NCBI GenBank assembly: GCA_951406725.2
Contig: OX597817.1
Coordinates: 10,292,001 to 10,356,000 of the forward strand
DNA from: Octopus vulgaris
Lineage: Eukaryota
Reading direction: 5' to 3'
DNA: 64,000 bases
The notes beneath the pieces were generated by a model. It made no database searches, was not told the origin of the DNA, and worked only from the letters and a program-made list of their open reading frames with translations. Shown here one piece after another: positions 52,808 through 64,000 of the stretch (the stretch's first letter is position 1; each line of letters begins with the position of its first letter). The translations under genes and the position numbers were made by a program.

Positions 52808-53358
52808 CCTCTATCAGCCTCAAGAACACTGGGTTTCTGCCCTTGGCATGTAGCTTCAACCGTGTTTTCTGATGTGAATTTGCTACCCAGGTATCGATTA
52901 ACCGAATTATCTATACTAGGATAATTCATTCACCTACTTAAATATATACATAAATACATATGTAAGATTGATGCCATTAATAGTCTGCTTGGATTGACGC
53001 ACATTGAAGGCTGCAAGAATAACATGTGCAGGGATAATATTTCAGAGGGAACCAACCTATGGGAGAATAAAATTGTGGATGTCCTTTAGAAACCATGATT
53101 AAGACTCAGACAAAGAACAATAGCATACATGAAAACATATTGGTTCCTCTAGAAAAACTTAAGACTCTGATAATGGAAGAGGAAATGTGGTGTGTCTGTT
53201 ACAATGCCCAATGCAAATGCCAGATATATTTGATAAATGATGAAGTTTTAAACCTATAATTTTTTTGTTTTTTTTTGTTCTACTAGGTTGTGAAAGCAAA
53301 ACTTTATAATTTCTAGTGCACTTAAAATGAAAACTCTAACTCAATAACAAATACTATC

Positions 53359-53411
<53 letters not shown>

Positions 53412-54611
53412 GGTATTCTAATCCTCAAGAAGAAGGAAAAAAATGTAGAAACACATAAACGCCTTCTTTGGCTAAAGGCGATATTAATGTCCCACAGATT
53501 TATGACTCATTTGTTTTTCTTTAATATATTTAATGATATCATTAGGTAGTTATTGTAAATCAGATATTCTTTCTGAAGATTTAATCAATGCACAGATATG
53601 TTTCTGCTAGATCAGATCTGTTGTCCTGGGACTGTTAATTGAATATAATGAAAACGAAACTTTTGTAAATTACCTGTCAGCAAAAGAGAGACAGAGACAG
53701 ACAGATTGTGCATTGTAACGTAGTAGAGCAGAGATTGTCCTGACAATCACAGTTTTGAAGGATTTAAGAAACATTTCATTCTTTGTGTTAGAACACTGCT
53801 TTATTGAACTTTTTGTCCATGGGAATGTTTCGAAGTTCTAATTAATGACGAAGTCTGTCCTTACCATATCCGTATGTGGCATCATGGACTGAACCACGGA
53901 GTTGTACGTGTTTTTGTGAAGAATTTAGTACAGTGCTCGTAATGTGATATGATACATGCAACTGACCCCTTATTTGGAAGGCCGATATCCTAATAAATTT
54001 TCCATGTGTGATTAGTTCTGATGGCACTGTTTTATTGCAATTGAAATGCTATTGCAAGAAACTTGGTGTTTATCACTGGCTGCAATTTATGTTCTAAAAA
54101 TATGCCACCTTTTTTGTATTTTAATATATCTGAGTCAAAGATTACAATATCCGTTGATGACTCAAAAATTTGTAAAGATTAAGTATTCTTTTTATAGCCA
54201 GAACCTTAAACGTATGGACTTGCATATTCTCCATGGTACACATTTCTCATTTTACTCAAGCTGATAACATTATCAATGGAATTATGGAAAAGGATTCATA
54301 GTCTGATTTACATACTATTTTTTTAATATGATTATCTTACTCTGAACCAAACAATCCATTTAGTCCAATAAGTGTTTGCATTGTTGACTGACTGTTGTTC
54401 TTATATTTAAATAGACAAAGAAATCATCTAAACAGAAACACTTTTATATGCTATATAAAAGGTGTTAGAAGTTTTTACTATCACCTTTTAAAACTGGATA
54501 CCAAAATGAGATGAATGACATTTTGTAGACCATACAATTCATCCAAAGTTATATAGTTATGGTTTTTGCAATACTTATTTAAAAGCAGTGCTGCTACCTG
54601 CAAACTATGTA

Positions 54612-54668
<57 letters not shown>

Positions 54669-55318
54669 ATTTGCTTTATATTTCTAAGGTGTGCTATCAT
54701 TTGTGTCAGTCCTTCACTAATAATGCTAATATCTAAGTTCTTTACCTTAATGATAGCTTTAAAAAAACTTACATTCTTTTTTATCACATTTTATTGAAAC
54801 CATTATCTTCATCATCATCATCATCATTATCCTCATCCTCATCGTCATCATCATCATCAGAACACATATCTATAAAGTTTTCCGTTTTATCTTTTGTTTT
54901 GTTGTCAAATTAAATTGGAAGGGCTGTGAAATGTTAGAACCTGTATTATTCTGAACTAAATGGCATGCAGTATCTGGTTTTATTCGTCTACATTCTGAGT
55001 CCAAATCACATTGGTGATGATTTCACCTTTTATTCCCAGTGAGGCTAATAATAAACTCACTGGCCTTTTACAGATCTTTGTTGCTTCTTTCTGTCTGTTT
55101 TGTGGGTACTTGCAACAAATTAGCCATTAAAAACTAACCAGCTGTATATCATCTCAGTTTCAACCTATCCAATCCCATTTCTTCTTACTGACTCATTCCC
55201 TCTTCTGTGTCTCCCCTCCCCAATCTTTGTATTATTTACTTTCTTAGTCATTTCTCCCCAAAGCCTCATCCCTCTAGAAATCCCTACTTGCAATTTTTTT
55301 TTTTTTTTTTTACCTTAG

Positions 55319-55381
55319 AGGTTTTAACCACAAAAGATCCAAACGGCTATCAGTTAGTCAATATGGGAGGATCCTACAAAG
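55319..55381 (+). CDS. Candidate 63-nt phase 1-1 cassette exon (EVLTTKDPNGYQLVNMGGSYK), or terminal exon ending at TGA 55386
   Basis: Long poly-T tract plus accttag acceptor; open in the required phase; weak donor AAG|gttgaa. Confidence 0.3.
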
Positions 55382-55679
55382 GTTGAAGGTACTACCCTGT
55401 GTATTTAGAAAAAATCTTTTAAATGGGACTTACCCATTTAAGTATATTTCTTCATTAAAATTCTGGCCTTGTACCTATAAAAGAAAGCATTTATCTAAAG
55501 TGGGTAAAGTACCGAAATCAATATAAAATGCACAATTAATATGCATGTGAGTGTATGAACTGAGTGAATTGATGCATTTATATATTTTGATATGTAACAA
55601 TAGTTACGTTTTTCTGAAGAGCAAGCATTTAAGATACAGAATTTTTTTTTTTTCCTTTTTTTTTTTTTTTGTTTAGCAG

Positions 55680-55792
55680 GTAATTCTGAATATATGAGCT
55701 TCTGGGCTGAAATAAAGGCTAAAGACACAGGCATACAAGTTCCTCTATGCATTTCAAACACATGCTCAAACACATTTAAATTCTTATTGTAA
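55680..55792 (+). CDS. Candidate terminal Kv3 exon (GNSEYMSFWAEIKAKDTGIQVPLCISNTCSNTFKFLL*)
   Basis: About 30-nt pyrimidine tract plus tandem tagcag acceptor; 37 open codons in the required phase; AATAAA at 55808. Confidence 0.3.
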
Positions 55793-57163
55793 TAGAATTT
55801 TTAAATCAATAAAATGCAGGCAATCATCAATGTATAGGCACACATATATATATATACATATAAATATGCATATTTATATGTTTATATATATATATGTTTA
55901 CACGCATATATATGTCTTTATATACTGAAAAAGTTGACATCAGAACTATCGAATCCCTTATACCATATCCATACATCTATATCTGTCATATATCTATAAT
56001 CACAAATCGCTATCACTGTTACCGGCAATGCTATCTTTAACCACAGCGATGATAGAGCAATGAGACTCTTATGTTGGCACATCCAAACTTCAATCAGAAC
56101 CAAGAAGGATGCAATTTCAGGGCAAAAATGCCAATTTTTACTTTGAAATATTTTTTGCTTTCTGCTTCTTTTTTTTCATTAATCATTTAAATGTTTACTT
56201 TTATTTTTCTTTTTAAACCTAAACATTTTTTTCCATTTGTTCTTCAAACTTGCAACACAATTCTATTCTTTATTTTAGCAACTTCTTAATGCTGATGCTG
56301 ATTATTTTCTTTACCATTTCTTTTTGTTTGTTCTTGCCTATATTGTTACACCAATGCATGCATACACAATTCTGTATAACACGCACTCATATAAGTTTGT
56401 ATATGTAAATAACACACACTTCCATAATTCTGTATATGAAAGTATATATAGTTCCTACTATAAAAAAAAAAAGACAACAGAAAAAAAAATTGGGTTGATG
56501 GGATTTTTGGAAGTTTGAACTTAAAAGAAAGAACAAGAATTAAATAATTGCTAAATGCTGATTTCACATCTATTAAGATTCTAAGGTGACATCAGCTAGA
56601 TATTATATAAAGAATTAAAATTATATAAACCACTATCCAGGAAAGAAAATATATACTTTTTGCAAACAGAATTTATTTAATGATCCATGCATTAATATTA
56701 AGATATATATGTTGTTGTTTTTAATTATTTTTTTATATGCAAATGCAGAAATAAATTAATTATTTTACCTAAAAATTTAAGTATGTTTTTTTTTCTTTAA
56801 ATATATTATAAAGTTGATATTAGATAACTATTGCATTATAATTGGAAATAATATATTCATGTAGCCTTTGAAAAATTACAAATGTTAATGGTACACGAGC
56901 CAATGGAAAATGGAAATTTCAATAAGATGAATATATATATATATAGTTGAGTTGACCAAACACTATACGAGAAGATTTTCTTTAAGTATTAGAAATGGTT
57001 TTTAAAAAGTTTTTAGCTATTTCTAATGAGTTCAGTATGCGGCAAAGTAATTTATTTTTAACCCTTTTATATATTGTAATAATTTGTCTACCTTAAATGG
57101 TCCCTTTGCATACTGAACACTTGGTGAAATTAATTAATAATTAATTAATTTAATCAATTGTTG

Positions 57164-57207
<44 letters not shown>

Positions 57208-57471
57208 CAAATATGATCTTTAACTCTGTGACATATAACCATGTGTCTACCACTGGTTCAGAGGCAATTTGGAGATATAATAAAAGGTTTAAAAATGTTA
57301 ATAATGATTAAAATAATTATGCACACAGACATGCACATGCACACACACACACAGACATACACACAAACACACACACACACACACACCAAATATGTACTCA
57401 CAAAGCAAAAAAGTGAGTGGCTATATTATTTCTATAGAGATTAAGTGTTAGATAATTCAAAAAGTTTGAAA

Positions 57472-57484
57472 CTTACTACGACTT

Positions 57485-57537
<53 letters not shown>
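57472..57537. repeat. (TAC)n microsatellite
   Basis: Direct reading. Confidence 0.95.
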
Positions 57538-58169
57538 GTTCATTCTTATTTCAGAAGAAATAAGACATTTGTCTATACAAGCAATTGATGTGCCATCATG
57601 TGGAGTCATCTTTATTGCTTACTATACAAAATGATGGTATATATATATATATATATATATATACATACACATATATACCACACACACCTATATATGTATA
57701 TATATATTCACATAAGATTATTTACATAATCAAGCCCATACTCTCTCTTTCTCATGTGCAGGCATTTATGTGCACACATGCATGCATACACACACACATA
57801 AACATACAAACAGCACAAATAGTCATGAACACCAATGATAATACAAAATTGGAGAAAGACCAGATTGCAATAATATATAATCAGTCTGAAGAGAACATGC
57901 AATTCAGTACCAACAAATTTTATGCACTTTGATGTCAGCTCACTAATAGATTACACTCAGAATGCAGAGAAGCAGAAGGTATTGTAATCCCAGAGACATA
58001 ATGAGTGTGTGACCAGGGAATCTATGTGAGTAAGGATTCATATTACTATGTGCATATTACTAAGATGGCAACAAAGTACAAGTGACCAGGCTATTGGATT
58101 CTAAGATCTTTCAGAACAAGAAAAAAGAAAACCATGTTGGTCCTGCAGACAACTGCTCCTAACTGTGGT

Positions 58170-58680
58170 CACCACATACAGTCAGTCAAACTGGCATCAA
58201 GGCTTGAAAGGGGATCCAATGTTGTAACACCCATGAGGTTGCCTCAGTGTAACAGATGAGCTTTTGGGAGAACCTGAACGAACTGAGGCTCCATTCCCTG
58301 AAGCAAAGACAAAGGTTATGCAATGATTTATATATGGAAGAGCCTGAAGGGTCAAATGCCTAACTTTGGGAACAACAGCTATACCAATCCCACCAAATTA
58401 AACCCCACTGTATGACACCAAAGTTCCTACCATCTCTATCTAGAGTAAGAAACCAATACTGTAATAGTTTAGTGTTCAAGAGCCCACAGATTTTCAATAC
58501 TTTGACAAAAACCATCAGGGACCTGTGAGATATAGATGTAGGTATATTAAAAATAAAAAACATTTTGACACATTTTTACGTGAAGATATCATGTGAACCC
58601 ACATAATGGCAGTAAATGCCAATGAGGGTGGTATTGATGATTGTTGATGATGGTTCGATTCCCTCATACACAATAATTAA
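58170..58680 (+). mobile_element. Decayed LINE 3' end, related to 45030-45378
   Basis: Shares ...tatatggaagagcctgaaggg... and ...aatactgtaatagtttagtgttcaagagcccacag... motifs. Confidence 0.55.
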
Positions 58681-58787
58681 AAACAGGAAGAAAGCTATGG
58701 GGCCATAGAAATGAAAGGAAAATAACTAAAAATCATGTCAATGGTAGATCCCCAGCATGGCCACAGCCTCAGACTAAAACAAGTATG

Positions 58788-58848
<61 letters not shown>

Positions 58849-58931
58849 CAGCCACACACACAAACATTGTATATACACACATTCACAGTACATACACATA
58901 CATATATATGTATGTGTTATTGTTTGTTCTT

Positions 58932-58974
<43 letters not shown>

Positions 58975-59145
58975 CATTGTGTTTATCAAATTCTATGTAA
59001 CAGTTTTATGTTGTTTTAACAATAATTTGTGTTTTTGTTGTTTTTTTGTGTTTGTTTTTGTTTTTGCATATTTGTTAGTGCTGCAAGCTTTTGTTGTAGA
59101 TATTTACTCATGAATGATTTCTTAATACTTTAGTTTCTTCTTCAG

Positions 59146-59171
59146 GTACAGATAGCTTGTATTGTGTATGA
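59146..59171 (+). CDS. Candidate terminal Kv3 exon (GTDSLYCV*)
   Basis: Acceptor tttagtttcttcttcag|G; phase-1 compatible with the 37972 donor; AATAAA at 59273. No homology support. Confidence 0.3.
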
Positions 59172-59914
59172 TAGTATTTCAAAATATCTTAAGCATTAAA
59201 ATTACTTTTCCTTTCTTTTTTTTTTCTCTCTCCCTTTTTTACCAAAATGTGTATTTGCTAACTTAAATATTCAATAAATATATTTTGCTTACATCAATAT
59301 TAAAAGTATATTAATGTCTCATACACATTCATTTTTCAATTGAAAAATGAATGAATGAGATTTTTTTTTTTTAAATACAAATATAATTAAGATATGAATC
59401 CCCTTATGATTGATTGGTCTCTATACAAGAATAAACTTGAACAATAATTCACAAATTGAATTCTTCTCACTGTTAAATATACCAAAACAATAAAGAATAA
59501 ACAATTTGGTGGGAGCAACATCATGTAATAGTAAGTCTGTTTTTGAAACTACTAAATTTCAAACCTTGTACTTAATTAATTAATTAAGAATGTGGAATAA
59601 TATAAAATGAATAAAGGAATAATTTCCCAGTGATAGACTCAAATTGCTTAAGATTATTTTCTGTTAAGAAAAATAATTTTCTAAAATTACTTCAAGTCAG
59701 TGGAAATTAATGTTGTGCAAATGGTTAAGTTTCTTTATATCAAAATCTACAGTTACTGGAATCTCACTTCATTTGTCATAATTTCTGAAAACCAGTAAGG
59801 AAGGTATGGACATTACCTAATCTCTTAACCAAACTTACATTACTTCTTATAAATTTAAAAGCTTATCTAATGTAGAAGTGTATGTAAATATGTATGCATG
59901 AATGTATGTATGTA

Positions 59915-60092
59915 GGGAGAGTTTACGAAAAAGATGAAGACAGGTGGTGTACAAAACAAACAGATGTATTTGTATAATGCTCAGGAATAGAAAAAGTCTT
60001 TTACATTTCGAGCCTATGCTCTTCTACAGAAAGTGACACAGAAAAAACAAGGACAGAAAAAATGTGTGTACTAGCTAACGATCTATCATGGC
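59915..60092 (-). mobile_element. Penelope-like terminal repeat with degenerate hammerhead (59998-60033)
   Basis: Minus strand: CTTT CTGTAGA A GAGC-ATAG-GCTC GAAA TG TA AAAG. Sits in (TATG)n. Confidence 0.55.
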
Positions 60093-61441
60093 ACTGACTC
60101 CTATGTATGTATGTATGTACTCTGTTAGCAGTAGATGATGTTAATCCTAAAAGAAGAGAAATTTAGTTCATATTATATTTTTTATAGTTGTAAACTAGTC
60201 AGTAATAATGAACAGGACTAGAATCAAAAGCTAGAGTAGTTATATACTGTTTTGTCTTAAGCAAACGAAGTATTGGTTAGAAGAGATCCCTTAACTAGAT
60301 ACTGACAAATACACAACATGACACATCAAATGCTTCATCTCATAGCAAAATAAGTTTACTTTATATTTTCTACATATTCTATACCTTCAGTCCTAATTTT
60401 TGTATAGTTATTCCTACAGTACTCTATGAGATGATCTTTTAAGCCTTATCCTTTCTATATCACCAATATATTGATTGATTCTCATCCCAGGGTAGTTCAT
60501 TCAAACTGTCAACAAGAAGAATAAATAGAAATTGAAATTCAGCTATACATCATCCCTACTTAATATGAGAAAATACTGTGAGTGTAGTATAGTAATTACA
60601 TTTTTAATAATTGTATTTACAAAAACAATACAGTTTGCAAAACAGTTATATTTTTACAAGGAAACAAATGGAATTTTCATGTAACGAGGATATAGCATGG
60701 AAATAACATTGATATAACTAAGAATCCTTCAAGTGATTTTCAAGTTTACTTAAGTAGACAGCAGTGAATTCCCTGCACTAACTACCAATAGACAGACTAA
60801 TATAATCATTGATCTTATTCAGCAATAACAAAAGCTCAATTTTACTTTTAGTTTAATCAGCTTAGTCTTCTGGAAGACCTCATAATAGTTGGTTATTGAT
60901 TTATGATGGCTGTGCACTAGACCAAGATTGTATTTAAATGACTGAACTGACATTAGTAGTATATTACTGGTATTTATATTAGAGGCCTCAGAAATATTTA
61001 GAATTTTTAAAAAAACATCAATACAAGAAAAATTTGAAAAGAAAACAGTGAAGTACCAAGCAGATGTACTTGTGTAGTTTTCATTTAATGATTATTATTG
61101 AGTTTCCACTATATTAAACTCTTCCCGAATTCACAAAGACACACAAAGCTATGGCAAATTTTCTCAGATAAAAATTCTAGTGGACATTTGGAATGAATTG
61201 TTACTCATTTCTGTTTTGACAGAATACTCAATGAAAGATTTTTAAAATGTTTATCATGAGACCATTCATAACTTTTGGGAGTAAATTACCCCTAAGAAGC
61301 CAGACAGAATTACGACTGCTAAAGGAGTAAGTCTTTATATACAAAATGTAGATTTCCATCTAACTATATATATATATATATATACGTGTGTGTGTGCATA
61401 TGATATAAATATGTGTGTGTGTGTGTATACTCATATATTTG

Positions 61442-61478
<37 letters not shown>

Positions 61479-62614
61479 TACATATATATATGTTGTATGT
61501 ATGCATATATATGTATGTATGTGCAAATTTAGATACATATATGAGTATATATATGTATATGTACGTATATATTTGTCTGTGTTGTTGATATGGATGTCAC
61601 TGGCCACACTATATTGTTTCCCTTAACTCATCTTTGTTTGACTTATGCAAATTACCTTTACCATGAATGCATTCTTTTCTTTCTGTACATGTCTATGTCT
61701 TTTGCCTGCTGAAAATAAGTTAGGACAATTGCCTTGCTGATGATGTATATTAGGACAGAAGTATGTATCCACAATTGTCCTGTAATCTCCAGACAATAAT
61801 GGCATGTCCTTTACTTAATGGTTGTAAACTTTGGCAAATCCTTGATGTTTCAGATTATCTCCCTTTATTATATGGAGCTGGTCTCAATTGCTCTTTGGTA
61901 AATGTGAGACATCCAGAAGCAGAGATAATCTTGATAAATCAAGAACCTGTCATATGGCATTGACAGATCTGCATTTCTCTATTTGATATACATACATGAG
62001 TGTGTGTGTGTGTATTTGTGCACATATATATATGTTTTAATGTGTGTGTGAATATATATATATATAGATATATATATACATATATATACAAACACACATG
62101 CACACGATGGGCCATATTATCATCCCCGTCATCACTGTCATTTTCTTGTCCAATTTTCCATGCTTGCATGCATTCAGCAGAATTCACTGAGCAAGAATTT
62201 CTACAGGATACCATTCCTGTTCCCAGCCTACTCCTGTTTTGATGTTAGCTGGAAATGAAGGACACTACTTGTATAATGGTGAAGCTGGTTAACAACTATT
62301 CCATCATTGCAAGACAAGGAAACACATTCATGTTAACACTCACACATACATATATACATGTATATATATAACAGGCTTCCTTCAGTTTCTGTCCACTAAA
62401 TCAACTCACACGTTCTTGGTCAACCAAAACTATATATGCATACATACATACATACAAATGTACATACATACATACGTACATAAGACTTTCCTCAAGTTCC
62501 GAATGTGAATTTGTCTAAGTTAGCTACTGTCCAAAGATGGAGCCTTGTCTCTTTGTTGGAAATTGGCTCCCACCTCAGTGGAAGATTTATAATAATTATA
62601 AAATAGAAGACACA

Positions 62615-62711
62615 TACATACATACATAATACATACATACATACATACATACATACATACATACATACATACATACATACATACATACATACATACATAC
62701 ATACATACATA
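62615..62711. repeat. (CATA)n microsatellite
   Basis: Direct reading. Confidence 0.95.
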
Positions 62712-63029
62712 AAAAAATAATAGGCAAGCAAACACATCTTCCCTCAAACATACATGCATGTAAATGTATGAGTCACAAATTCCTGGAGGCATATGGAACC
62801 AAAAGACGTACCAGTTATGTTTTCTGCATTTCCTATTACAATATAATGTGACTTGAAGTCTGCACGCTTGCCTATCTAGAGTTATGATGGTTATTGTCAA
62901 ATGGCATGGAGGAGAAGAATGGAGAGTGGAGCAGTTTACTGAGCTCAGATGTTTTGTTGATAAATTGTGGCTTCCAGCACACTTTTAAATACTAAATATT
63001 CATACATATAGATATGCATAAATATTATA

Positions 63030-63925
63030 TGGTGTTGAATCAAAAGTTTTGCTATAGTTTGGTAAATTATTTGCTTTATTTGTCAAATCACAACAAAAGC
63101 AGCCTAGTATTCAAAGTAAAGGCCATCATGTCGCACCATCTGAAGCCACCTTTCTGCTGCCAGTTCTTTGATCCCATACTGATACCAGTTCTTGTTCTTC
63201 AAGACAAAGAACTCCTTCAGAGAAGCTTTCACCTGTTCTTCGTTGATGTAGAGTCATGAACGCAGGAAGTGAGCCATAGATTGGAACAAGTAATAAGCCA
63301 AGTGAACTAGGTCCAGACTATATGCTTGATGGGGCATCGCTTCAATTCCCTCAAGTTCCTGGGGCTTATACTGGATTGTGTGAGCAATATGAGGTCTTGC
63401 ATTGTTTTGCCACTGAAGGTTTCACTTTCTGTTAACCAATGCCAGGTACTTTTTCTACATAGTTGCATACATGTGTGAGATATCAAGCTCACCTGGTAAT
63501 TTCCAAGTGCTACTCACCAGATTTACATCTGTGGCTTGGAGCAAGGCCTTGAAATCCAAAGTTTTAGGTCTGCTTGACCTTGCAACCCTAGTGAAATTTC
63601 TTGAATCATCTGGTTACTGTACTGGGATCAACTGCACCTTCATCTTTCACACAGCAAGTCTTTTTGGTTGTTTCTACAGTATTATGGTCCAGTTCAAACT
63701 TGTAAGGTATAACTTCTCAAATTAGACTACGCTACACATACATCTGTGCAGCATTGAAATCACACACAGAGTGAATCAATGCACAATGTGACAGAACACC
63801 AACTCTCACAATACTACCAACCTCAACAGGTACTTTCCACAACTTGAACTACTTTGGTCATTTAATACACATGCTGCAAACTAGTACATATGCAAATATG
63901 ACAAAAACCTTTGACATGCCTCAAT
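63030..63925 (-). pseudogene. Decayed mariner transposase
   Basis: Minus-strand fragments LYKFELDHNTVETTKKTCCVKDEGAVDPSTVTR*FKKF, QNNARPHIA, PHQAYSLDL...YYLFQSMAHFL, NWYQYGIKEL...WLQMVRHDGLYFEY*. Confidence 0.85.
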
Positions 63926-64000
63926 ATATACATCTACAGTTATATGTACATATACACAGCCAAAGCATACATATGCATACATACATATATATATATACAT

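Overview
AT-rich, microsatellite-saturated eukaryotic DNA; the repeat content and gene are most consistent with an octopus (coleoid cephalopod), which is an inference. The only host gene I can support is one 913-nt + strand exon (37060-37972) encoding S1-S6, the pore and the proximal C-terminus of a Shaw/Kv3 K+ channel. No T1 (N-terminal) exon is visible, so the upstream intron is probably longer than 37 kb. Several short phase-compatible candidate C-terminal exons lie downstream. The rest is intronic or UTR and packed with mobile DNA: tRNA-derived SINEs, RTE, Tx1/L1-like and CR1-like LINE fragments, Penelope-like remnants, Tc1 and mariner relics, two non-autonomous Helitrons, a hAT MITE and a solo LTR. 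The most notable hidden layer is RNA structure: about ten Penelope-type hammerhead ribozyme motifs (one with an intact core and a long stem II at 52709-52807, antisense to Kv3), fold-back hairpins, and inverted repeat pairs that could be ADAR substrates. SINE evolution is also visible: all four head x tail combinations, a perfect SINE trimer inside one TSD, and a SINE tail shared with a LINE. Repeat boundaries were read by eye and are approximate unless a TSD or TIR is quoted.
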